A stretch of DNA of 64,000 nucleotides, from contig NZ_JMCB01000031.1 of NCBI RefSeq assembly GCF_000737315.1, positions 1 through 64,000 of the forward strand, written 5' to 3'. A program made the position numbers and the translations under genes. This stretch comes from Hyalangium minutum (lineage in GTDB: Bacteria; Myxococcota; Myxococcia; Myxococcales; Myxococcaceae). Below, one piece after another: positions 1 to 8,433 of the stretch (positions within the stretch are counted from its first letter, which is position 1; each line of letters begins with the position of its first letter). The notes under the pieces were generated by a model that worked only from the letters and a program-made list of their open reading frames with translations, had not been told where the DNA came from and ran no database searches.

Positions 1-1248
1 TCACTCTTCCTCAAGGCTACGACTGACGCTCGCTCGCCCCTGGCCAGCAGCCCTGCTCGACCGCCTGCCCTCTACGGGGATCGGCGAACTGATACGGTGA
101 ATCTCCATCAGGCGGGCGAGGTCAACCCTGTAGTAGGGGAACAGGTAGTTGCGCGCGCACTCTCCGGTGCGCCGCCGCCAGTGCGTGCCCGGGTCTGCCA
201 GCTCCTTCTGGCGCTCCATGAGTGCCGCGTGGAGCAGCCGCGCGGGCTCCGGGGCGAGCTTGAGGTTGGCCCTGCTGAACTCTGTTTTCAGGCGCTCGTG
301 CCGAGGGTTGTCCCGCGTGCGCTGGCGCTCGATGCGCAGGCTTCCCGTGAGCAAGTCCAGCACTCTTCCCCCCATGCTCGCGTCCGCCTGGCTGCCGGGC
401 AGCGGAATGGCCAGCGCTTCCTGCACGCGGAGGCCATGCCACCGCATGACACTGATGAAGGCCTTGGCCACTACATCCGGCATCGCCATCTGCAACCGTG
501 GGTAGGTGATAAAGGGCTCGCGCAGGCTGCGCGGCACGTCTCTGCCGCCCGCGTAGCAGCGGGGCAGCACGTGCGTGTCCAGCGGGTTGGGCACGTGCCA
601 CCACGCGGGGCTGGGAATGTCCCGGCAGCGCCGGTACACCTTGCCCAGCACGTGGCGGTGGCTCTCTGCGGTGCGCGGGGTGACGCGCCCGGCCTGGCCG
701 TCCAACATGCTGCACTCGGGGCTCATCCGGTAGTCGAGGTACTCCTTCCAGTCAGCCGTGGTGGGCCGATCGATTCCCCTGCTGCGCAGCCACTCCAGCG
801 CGGCGCGGATGTACCCGTCCTCGGACAGCATCGTCCGGCGGGCAATGCCCGTGGTGCGCGCGCGGTGCTGGTACCACTCGGCCAACTCGAAGAACGTCGG
901 CTCCTGGTACACGGGGCCCTGCCACGCGCGGTGCCCCTCGAAGGGCTGCGCGCCTGGGGGCTGGGAGGGCGGAATGCCCGGCACATGGCCGGAGTAGCCG
1001 GGCGCGAGGTAGCCGCCGTGGCCGTACGGCACCCCCGGTAGCCCGTACCCCTGCGCAGGCTGCACGGGGTGGCCGTAGTGCGGCGGGGCGGTGTGGCCGC
1101 CCTGGTAAGGCTGCACGCCGTGAGGCTGCGCAGGCTGCATGCTGTGGCGCGGGCGGAGCTCCCGCCTCTCTGGCAGCGGTGCCAACTGCGCAGGGTCCTC
1201 CAGCCGCCATGCATCCTTGCCATAGTTGTCGTCTTCGTACTGGCTCAC
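1..1248 (-). pseudogene. Tyrosine recombinase/integrase (Int1), C-terminally truncated, with Pro/Gly/Tyr-rich N-terminal extension
   Basis: Core-binding helices, box I WHGLRVQEAL (Arg) and RLKT (Lys) present; similarity to Int2 ends at LMEIHR; no HxxR, second His or Tyr before the stop. Confidence 0.75.
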
Positions 1249-2618
1249 TTGGCACCTCCGTTCGTGGTGTCGGTCGGGTTGTTCGAGTCGTCGCCGGGGT
1301 TCTGTCCTTCCTTCACGAGGTGCAACCCTCGTCTCTCAGTCTGGATCCCGCCCACCAACACGGCCTGCGCCTTCAGCAGGGCGGCGTTCGCGGTCGGCTT
1401 GCCCTGATGGTTCTGGAAGTAGAGCGAGGTCGTTATGTAGCTGTCGTGCCGGAGCGCCTGCTGCCCCTCGCCCAACGTCGAATTGGTTGACGCGAGCACC
1501 GCCCCCAACGTGTCGCGGAAGCCATGGAAGGCCAGAGCCCCGCGCTTGCCGGTCTTGCGAGGGAAGTCCTCGGGCGCCACGTCGCGGATCCGCTCCATGA
1601 GTTCCTGAAGGCGGGCCTGGCCGTAGTTGAACATGTACGGGCTCAGCGCATCCCGTCGCCCCCAGGGGTCATTGCCCGCTAAGGCCTCCTTCCGCTCCTT
1701 CCATGCTCCGAGCAGGAAGCCGCACAGCACCGCTGTCACGTCGAAGTGCGCGAAGCTGGCGACCGTCTTCAGCTCCTGCTCACCCTTGCGGCGTGCCACC
1801 CGCTGGCGCTGCACAGTCAGCTTCCGCCAGTCCGGGCTCAAGTCGGTGTCCCAGCGGAGCCCACGCGCCTCCGAGACTCGCAGGCCCAGCAGCCCCAGCA
1901 CGCACAGGAACGCGCGCTCCGTGTCATTCTTGCAGGCGTGCGCCAGCAACAGCCGGAAGGTAGTGGCCGGGTCTGCCATGCCGCGCGGCTTCCGGCGTCC
2001 CACCTTCCAGTTGGGGAAGGTGGTCGGGTCTCTCAGGGCCACCATGGGCCACCAGTTGCGCGCGTACTTGTAAGCGGCGCTCAGGTACTTCTTGTACTGG
2101 TTGGCGGTGGTCGGCACGAGTCGGCGCTTGTCTCCCTCCTTCAGGTTGAGTCGCCACTGGAGCACGTCCTTCACCTGGCCCGGCGTCGGGAAGGGCGGGA
2201 GCACCTGCGTAAACCACCGGAGCGGCGGGGCGTAGCTCTCGTACGTGGAGAGGGCTCGCCCTTGCTCCTTCAGGCAGTGCTCCAGGTAGAGGTTCACCAC
2301 GTTCCTCACCGTGGGCGGCGCGAGCGGCCGAAACAGGCCGTGCTGAATCGGGTGCACCACCTCCGCCTGCAGCTCGTGCACTGAGGCGCCGTACTCCACC
2401 GGCACCACATCGCCCTGCGCAGGCACCGTGAGGTGGCTCGGGATCGGCGGTGCGGTGTGACTGCCCTTGTGGAGCTGCTTGCCGTGAGGCTGCGCAGGCT
2501 TCTTGCGGCTGCTGCGGCGCTGGCGGCCCTGCCTGCGCTCGGGCAGCGGTGCCAGCTGCGCAGGGTCCTCCAGCCGCCACGCGTCCCTGCCCTGGTCGTC
2601 GTCCTCGTAGTGGCTCAC
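1245..2618 (-). CDS. Tyrosine recombinase/integrase (Int2), apparently intact, 457 aa
   Basis: GTG start at 2618 with GGAGG RBS; LGLRVSE (R), ELKT (K), FHGFRD (HxxR), LRHD (H), TTSLY (Y). Confidence 0.9.
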   Translation of the reverse strand: MSHYEDDDQGRDAWRLEDPAQLAPLPERRQGRQRRSSRKKPAQPHGKQLHKGSHTAPPIPSHLTVPAQGDVVPVEYGASVHELQAEVVHPIQHGLFRPLAPPTVRNVVNLYLEHCLKEQGRALSTYESYAPPLRWFTQVLPPFPTPGQVKDVLQWRLNLKEGDKRRLVPTTANQYKKYLSAAYKYARNWWPMVALRDPTTFPNWKVGRRKPRGMADPATTFRLLLAHACKNDTERAFLCVLGLLGLRVSEARGLRWDTDLSPDWRKLTVQRQRVARRKGEQELKTVASFAHFDVTAVLCGFLLGAWKERKEALAGNDPWGRRDALSPYMFNYGQARLQELMERIRDVAPEDFPRKTGKRGALAFHGFRDTLGAVLASTNSTLGEGQQALRHDSYITTSLYFQNHQGKPTANAALLKAQAVLVGGIQTERRGLHLVKEGQNPGDDSNNPTDTTNGGAK

Positions 2619-3088
2619 TGGGCACCTCCCCGCGTGAGCGCATCCGGCCTCACCTTGCCCAGCGCCTGTGCCTGGCGCGGCAACTCTGCGAAGCGCTGGA
2701 AGTCTGCCGCGTTGAGGAGGAGCGGCCACCGCAAATCACGCGCTCGTGCGTACACGGCGTGCAGGTGGTTCCTCATCACGTTGGCCGTGCCGGGCTGAAT
2801 CTCCCCGCGCTGCATGCGCTCGGAGAGCCATTCCCAGACCTGCGCGCGGCTCGGCTTGGCGTGGTGGCCGAAGCGCTCCAGGGCCAGGCGGAAGGTGTTC
2901 GCGTGGGCCTTCTGGGTGTGGCGGCTCTGGTGCTGGAGGAAGGCCTTCTCGTACCACGCCAGGAGTGTGCCCAGCGTCGGCGTCTCCGCGCCAGCCTTCA
3001 GCTTCGCCCTGCCGAGCGCTCGCCCCTTACGCGACTCCCGGCGGGCTGTCGTCGCGGTGCTGCTTGGCGCTGCGCTGTCACCGCGCAC
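2615..3088 (-). pseudogene. Integrase core-binding (SAM-like) domain fragment (Int3), no catalytic domain; start uncertain
   Basis: TLGTLLAWYEKAFL...TQKAHANTFRLAL...QPGTANVMRNHLHAVYARA resembles the N-domain of Int2; stop overlaps the Int2 start (GTGA). Confidence 0.6.
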
Positions 3089-3132
3089 CTGCGCCTTGGT
3101 GCCGTACTCCCGGGTGGTTGCAGTCCAGCGCG

Positions 3133-3546
3133 TCAGTCTGTCTGCGTGCGCCGCTTGCTCCTTCGTCCTCCTTTTGGTGGCGGGGCGCCGTCCACCACGT
3201 GGTGCCTTACCGCCTCGCGGCACTCGCTTATCCGTGCCCTTGCGACGTGCAGAGCTGCGAGCGCCTCGAAGAACGAGGCCGCATACAACTTCGTCGGCGC
3301 CCCTCCTTCCGCCTGCGCCCTCTCGACTTCCGTCAGTCGCGATGCCTGTGTCAGTGTCTGCTCCACCTTCAAGAGCAGCTCGAACGCGTTGCCGAAGAGT
3401 TCGAACGCCTCGATCTCCTTCTGCTCCTGCGGCAGCCGCGCAAGTTCCGGTGGTGCCTCCCACGGCCCATGGCTGTGCGTTGTCTCGCTGCCCCCGCCCC
3501 TCAACAGCGTGAGCTTTGGCGGGCCCTTCATTGTGTCGTCTGCCAT
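3133..3546 (-). CDS. Hypothetical helical protein, 137 aa
   Basis: ATG with GGGAGG RBS; protein-like composition. Confidence 0.6.
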   Translation of the reverse strand: MADDTMKGPPKLTLLRGGGSETTHSHGPWEAPPELARLPQEQKEIEAFELFGNAFELLLKVEQTLTQASRLTEVERAQAEGGAPTKLYAASFFEALAALHVARARISECREAVRHHVVDGAPPPKGGRRSKRRTQTD

Positions 3547-4303
3547 GGTCGGCTGCCTCCCGTGAGTGGGCCGCCATCTTCGCCTGGGCGCTGGGCTGCA
3601 CGCACGCGCTGCCCGAGGCCTGCGCGCAGCTGCCCGCCCCGGTGTTACTAGCCGCCGCGCGCAGGCTCAACACCGCGAGCATGCCCAGCAGCAACACCAC
3701 CAGCACCGCCACCGCGAGCTTGAGCGAGGCCATGGCCGAGGCCCACCGCCGCTCGGCCGCGCGGGCCTGCTGCATGCGCAACATGCTGGTGAGCGCCGTG
3801 CGCGTGAGCGCGTCCGGCCTCACCTGGCCGAGGGCCTGCCCCATCCTGCGCAGCCCGGAGGACACCTCGGAGAGTTCCACGCACGCGGCGCTGTCGTGGC
3901 TCACCTCCAGCGCCAGCCCGTGCGGCGTGCTCACCACGTGCGCAGTCCACCGGCCTGGGGCCTTGGTGGCACTGCGCGGGGTGGCCACCACCAGCGCCGC
4001 CGCTCCCGTCTCCCGGTTGTAGGCCTGGTAGGTGCGGCCCACCTCGCCGGGCACTCCCTTGCACCGCCGGAGCACCCGGAACTGCCCCACGGTGTTGCGC
4101 TGCCACACCTGCTGAAAGTCTCGCTGCCGTGCCGTCATCGTGCCCGGCGCCATTGCTGGCGCCGTGCCAGCGCTCGCTCCCTCTGAGGCGCGCACGCTGG
4201 AGTGGGTTGCACCGTCCACGGCCGTGGACTCCCCGTCCGTGGCCGTGGACGGTGCGCAGCTGCCCGACATGGTGCCGGGGCCCTTGTCCTGGGGGGCGCT
4301 CAT
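3547..4303 (-). CDS. Kinase-N-lobe-like membrane protein; its own stop codon was not found (frame stays open to 2615)
   Basis: ATGA overlap with upstream gene at 4300-4303; NTVGQFRVLRRCKG..GRTYQAYNRETG parallels 6873-7703; TM segment LAVAVLVVLLLGMLAVL. Confidence 0.5.
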
Positions 4304-5079
4304 GAGTGCACCCCCACCTTGCGCAGCACCGCCGCCTCCACCACGCCCCAGGGCAGCACCGTGCGCACCGCCTGCGCGCACTCGGCCAGGCGCGCGGCGC
4401 GCTGGGTGGTGCTCACCAGCCCGGCAGCGGCGCCTGCCACGTCGAGCGCCCACTCAGGGTAGGCCGTGCTGCTCACGGCGGCCCACACCGCGTAGCGCGC
4501 GCAGTCCTCCTCCGTGCGCAGGTGCTCGGCGCCCACCTCCGGGCCCGCTGCCTGCCGGGCCGCCTCCAGCTCGGCCTGCGCAACCTCCTCCCCGGCCGCC
4601 CAGACCTGCACGGTTCGCAGCGCCTCGCGCAGTGCAGTCTCGGTGGGTGCGAGCCGGGGCAGGGCCACGCCTGCGCACGCGCACGCCGCGAGCACCAGCC
4701 AGCGCAGGGGCACGTCCGCCGCCACCGCCAGCCACAACAGGCGGTCGCCTCCGGGGCACTGGGCCCAGAGTTGCGCAGGGGTGCCCTGCTGGCCCTGGAG
4801 CCAGCGGATGAACTCGGGTGCTGCCTGCTCGCGCAGCACCCACGCCCCGAAGGCGGCGCGAGTGAGGGTGCGCAGCTGCGCGTGCTCAGCCAAGGGCGGC
4901 ATGAGCACCACCAGCGGGCGGGGCTGTACGGCCGAGGCCTGCGCGGACGGGGTGCCTGCGTGCTCAGCCAGCAGCGCGTCGAGCTGCTGCGCAACGCTGC
5001 GCGGGGTGGTGTGGGTGGGAGAGGTACGGGACTTGGAACCGGTGCTGCCGGGGTACTTCGCGCTCTGCCTGGTGCCCAT
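4300..5079 (-). CDS. Hypothetical all-helical protein, loosely resembling Imm5-like immunity domains
   Basis: LWAQCPGGDRLLWLA...LVLAACACA...ALRTVQVWAAGE pattern recalled from memory; family call tentative. Confidence 0.5.
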   Translation of the reverse strand: MGTRQSAKYPGSTGSKSRTSPTHTTPRSVAQQLDALLAEHAGTPSAQASAVQPRPLVVLMPPLAEHAQLRTLTRAAFGAWVLREQAAPEFIRWLQGQQGTPAQLWAQCPGGDRLLWLAVAADVPLRWLVLAACACAGVALPRLAPTETALREALRTVQVWAAGEEVAQAELEAARQAAGPEVGAEHLRTEEDCARYAVWAAVSSTAYPEWALDVAGAAAGLVSTTQRAARLAECAQAVRTVLPWGVVEAAVLRKVGVHS

Positions 5080-5562
5080 GGCGGGGGCCCTTCAAAGCGA
5101 AAGGGCCTGCTGACGGGGTTCAGGCCCGCCAACAGACCCTTTCGACACAGCGGCAGGTGCCCCCGCACGCGTGTGCCAACACCCTCCACCCCCAGCCGTG
5201 GACGGACGAATCCATCCGCGCACTGGTGGCGCTCGGGCTCGCAGAATGCCTTAGCATGGGCCGGTCTGGCCCTGCTAGCGCGCCCCGTGGTGCTGAACCC
5301 GTCCCCTGCGCGGGACGGCACCTAGTGCACGCGCGGGTGCAGGGTGCCCCCTGCGCAGCCCGGCGTTACCCGGGCTCCCGCCTCGCACCAGACCGTGCGC
5401 GGTCTGTCGCCTTCTCGTCAAGTGGGGTGGGTTGGACACCCGTAGTCGCGCAGTGCTTCCGCGCAGTTACAGCGCAGGCACGGCAGGTGCTACGCGTGCG
5501 CGCCCCTGCGCGTGCGTCTCCACTGCGCAGCGCAGTTGCACAGCCTGCGCAGGCCGCCCGGC

Positions 5563-5599
5563 CGTGAAATTTTCACGACTGCGCAGGTGAAACTTTCAC
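5563..5599. promoter_or_regulatory. Two tandem operator-like palindromes GTGAAA-N-TTTCAC
   Basis: CGTGAAA-T-TTTCACG at 5563-5577 and GTGAAA-C-TTTCAC at 5587-5599 in a ~700 bp intergenic region. Confidence 0.6.
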
Positions 5600-5684
5600 G
5601 CGCGCCCACGGCGTGGCGCTGCGCAACCCTCTGGATTCTGCCGGATTTCCACTGGCTGCGCGGCATTCGGTTTCACGGCCTTGC

Positions 5685-5748
5685 GCAGCACCAGGCCCTC
5701 GACATGGTGCCCGGCCGCGAGCTGGTGCAGGCGCTCGACGTGGTTCCC
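5685..5748 (+). repeat. Intergenic repeat family, copy group 1 (CTCGAC cores at 5698 and 5734)
   Basis: 5685-5742 matches 6774-6831 at 42/58 positions, ungapped. Confidence 0.75.
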
Positions 5749-5800
5749 TGGCCGCGCGCTGTCTGACGGTATCGTCGACCGCTGCTGAACCGGCGCCAGA

Positions 5801-6625
5801 CTACTTCGGCGTTTCTGTCTCGGGCTCCGCCTGCGCCCAGCCGGTCATCACAAGGAATTTCGCCATCGAGTGTGCAAGGTCTCCGTACTTCTTTTCGAGC
5901 GGTTCCATCTGACTGCGCAGATGACCCTCAAACCTTGCAAGGCGTGTCAGTTGAGCCTTGTAGGAGTACGGGCTTGCATCGGGCACGTGGCAATAGCCGA
6001 GGAGCGCCTTCCGATTCCTCTGCCACTCTGGTTCCAACTTAGTGAACGCCTTTGCCGTGGTCTCTGCGGCTTCGATGCTTCCGAGGAAGAGGCCGTGTCT
6101 GAACTCTTCGGCCATCACAACTGTTTCCGGGTCCAAATATTGGGCGTAGCGGGTCAGTGCGTCGTCAGTCCACTCGCTACTGAGCTTCGCCAAAGAGGTT
6201 GCTGCTTGCCCATGGGTTACTTCTGATTTCCCCCACGACGGATACTTGTCATTCAGATCAATGGCGCAGGCCCAATCCATTGCTCCTGAGTCTCTTGCAA
6301 TCGCGGCATACTGGTAGCGCTTGCGCTGTAGCTGAAGGCCGTCTTTGAACGCAAGAATCGGCTCGACCGCCTGAGCCACAGATCGCTCAAGCATCGTCAG
6401 CGCTATAAGCTTCAGCCTCTCTGCCTGAATCGCGGCAGCACGCTTGTCTGCGTTGTTCTGGTAGGTCATCACGCCCTGCACGCCAGCCCCAACAACTACC
6501 GACGCGATTGCAACCCAGCCGATTGTGGTGAGGCGCCGTAATCCATGCATGCCATCATTGGTTGTCTTACCCCAGATACCAATCAGCCCACCGACGAACG
6601 CGAACACAAGTCCTAGGTAGTCCAT
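5801..6625 (-). CDS. Lower-GC hypothetical protein with two N-terminal TM helices, 274 aa
   Basis: ATG 6625 with GGAGG RBS; MDYLGLVFAFVGGLIGIWG and IGWVAIASVVVGAGVQGV hydrophobic segments; visibly AT-richer than flanks. Confidence 0.75.
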   Translation of the reverse strand: MDYLGLVFAFVGGLIGIWGKTTNDGMHGLRRLTTIGWVAIASVVVGAGVQGVMTYQNNADKRAAAIQAERLKLIALTMLERSVAQAVEPILAFKDGLQLQRKRYQYAAIARDSGAMDWACAIDLNDKYPSWGKSEVTHGQAATSLAKLSSEWTDDALTRYAQYLDPETVVMAEEFRHGLFLGSIEAAETTAKAFTKLEPEWQRNRKALLGYCHVPDASPYSYKAQLTRLARFEGHLRSQMEPLEKKYGDLAHSMAKFLVMTGWAQAEPETETPK

Positions 6626-6773
6626 CGTCTTTGCACCTCCGCACCTCGCAAAAGAATTGGGCCGTTGAGTAAGGACGCCGCGTTCGAAATGTCCTCGGAC
6701 CACACGGCGTGCTCCCAGCATAGGCCAACCCTTGGGCTGGTGCTCATGGCACCTGCAAAAGGCCCAGCCGCGA

Positions 6774-6874
6774 GCAGCACCAGGTGCTCGACGCGGTGCC
6801 CGATCGGACGCTGCACCCGGTGCTCAACGCGCAGAGCCACCGCCGCCAGGAGCTAGGTGCTCGACGTGGTGCCT
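6774..6874 (+). repeat. Intergenic repeat family, copy group 2 (GGTGCTCRACG at 6783, 6819, 6856)
   Basis: Three copies with 36-37 bp period; AGCACC-A-GGTGCT palindrome at 6776-6788. Confidence 0.75.
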
Positions 6875-7703
6875 ACCGTGCGGCTGGCACCGGAGGCGGA
6901 TGCGGCAGGGTGCTACTGGGTTCCTTCGGCGCTGGCATGCTGGGCCAGTAGCAGGTGTCCTTCCATTCGTACGCGTCATCACCGCAAGGCGGAGACTTCT
7001 TCAACGCCACCCAGCAGCCGCCGTTGATTGGCGTCTCAAGCCGCCCTTTGCACTTCCCCTCGCTGTCAGTCCGGTACTGTCCGCGGAAGAGCTTCTTCGG
7101 CATGTCGCGTGCAATCCCCGGGAGTGCTTCCCGGCCGTCCATGTTGCCCACGGGCAAGGCTTCCGGCTCCGCGAGCACCTCTTCCGCCACGGACGCGAGG
7201 GCGGCCGGCTCTGGCTGCTGTTCCCCTGGCGTCTGCGCAGATCTCCACGCCCGTGGGGCCAGCGCAGCAACTGCCAGCCCCGCAGCGACAGCGAGCCACC
7301 TCCAGTTGGTTGCTGGTCTCTCCATGCGCACGGCGGGGGCCTTGCGCGCGCCCAGGTGGACTGCTGCCTCTGGGTGTTGCTCCAGGCCTTCGAGCGCGCA
7401 GGCCAGCACGTCCAACCCCGCGTCCAGTTGGCCCAGTGGAGTGGCCCCCTCGGGGGCGCGCTCCACCTCGAGCGCGAGGTACGGCTCCGGCTTCGTCGCC
7501 GCCCTCACTCGGATCCGCCAGTCTTGCAGGGGGATGTGGTGGCTCTGGGCCACTCCGCGCACCACAAGAGCAGGCCTGCCCGTCAGCCGGTGCTTCGCCT
7601 TGTAGACCCGGCCTACCTCTGCCGCCGTCGTCACCCCACGAAGCCTGCGCAGAATCTCGTACGGCCCCAGTCGGTTCCGCTCCAGCTTGTCTTCCTCGCT
7701 CAC
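6873..7703 (-). CDS. Myxobacterial kinase-N-lobe-like / TM / Cys-rich C-terminal domain protein (no catalytic kinase core)
   Basis: GTG 7703 with GGAGG RBS; NRLGPYEILRRL..GRVYKAKHRLTG; TM WLAVAAGLAVAALA; C-terminal CKGRLETPINGGCW..PPCGDDAYEWKDTCY typical of myxobacterial kinase tails. Confidence 0.75.
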   Translation of the reverse strand: MSEEDKLERNRLGPYEILRRLRGVTTAAEVGRVYKAKHRLTGRPALVVRGVAQSHHIPLQDWRIRVRAATKPEPYLALEVERAPEGATPLGQLDAGLDVLACALEGLEQHPEAAVHLGARKAPAVRMERPATNWRWLAVAAGLAVAALAPRAWRSAQTPGEQQPEPAALASVAEEVLAEPEALPVGNMDGREALPGIARDMPKKLFRGQYRTDSEGKCKGRLETPINGGCWVALKKSPPCGDDAYEWKDTCYWPSMPAPKEPSSTLPHPPPVPAAR

Positions 7704-7792
7704 AGATCCGGCCCTCCCTCGTGCCACGCCGGGAGGGTTTACCACGCGGAGTTGCGCGCGGGGCGCGTGGTGACGCGCAGGCCGCGCAGTCA

Positions 7793-7850
7793 GTGGTGCT
7801 CGACATGCTGCCCCGGCCGGTGAGGCGCGGCGGTCCTCGACGTGCTGCTC
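7793..7850 (+). repeat. Intergenic repeat family, copy group 3 (cores at 7799 and 7836)
   Basis: 7793-7824 matches 8358-8389 at 28/32; the two cores are 37 bp apart. Confidence 0.75.
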
Positions 7851-7877
7851 CTGTGTGAGGTCGGGTAGAATCTACCC

Positions 7878-8261
7878 ATGCGCTACCTTGTTCTTCTTCC
7901 TTTGTTTGCAGCTTGCAGTCCGGACAGATCGCCGACCGAAGTCTTGGTGGACAATCGCTTCGGGCGTGCGTGGAACGTTCACATGGTTCTCACCGTTCAC
8001 GAGAGAAAGGGAGAACCGGCCTACGCCACGTGGTCAGGGGACGCCGCCATAGCTCCTCAGAGCAGGTTCCAAACAATTGCCAGCGTTGAACCACTTGAAG
8101 GCGAGCACTTTGAGTTCATGGTGACGGGAGAGACCGGCGAGCCTGGGGCGTTCCTCAACGTTTCTGGACCCATCACCACCAGCATTACTTACTGCGCAAC
8201 CTACCGGTTGGAGGATGGTGCCAATGGAGGGGCATGCGGGCGGCGGCCAGATTTTTGGTGA
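7878..8261 (+). CDS. Lower-GC lipoprotein, 127 aa
   Basis: MRYLVLLPLFAAC lipobox; no SD; GGGTAGA-A-TCTACCC palindrome containing TAGAAT abuts the ATG. Confidence 0.75.
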   Translation: MRYLVLLPLFAACSPDRSPTEVLVDNRFGRAWNVHMVLTVHERKGEPAYATWSGDAAIAPQSRFQTIASVEPLEGEHFEFMVTGETGEPGAFLNVSGPITTSITYCATYRLEDGANGGACGRRPDFW

Positions 8262-8357
8262 CCCAACCCATCGGTTCTCGTAGTGCTGGTCCTTGCCGAG
8301 CTGGTTGGGCGAGCGGGCTGCTACCGATCGGACGATCGCCGGTGGTGCCAGGGCGTT

Positions 8358-8389
8358 GTGGTGCTCGACCTGCTGCCCTGGTCGGGGAG
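8358..8389 (+). repeat. Intergenic repeat family, copy 4
   Basis: gtggtgctcgacctgctgccctggtcggggag, direct repeat of 7793-7824. Confidence 0.75.
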
Positions 8390-8433
8390 CAGTCTCAATG
8401 TCCGCGGAGGTGGCGCCCAACCGCGTGCTGGCC

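Noticed and set aside
2615-4453. 612 aa kinase-TM-integrase fusion protein
   Set aside because: The middle part reads like off-frame sequence over a well-formed gene (3133-3546) with its own RBS; more likely read-through after a lost stop in GC-rich DNA
5685-8389. 36-37 bp periodic repeats as a CRISPR mini-array
   Set aside because: Period too short, repeats degenerate, at most three per group, no cas genes
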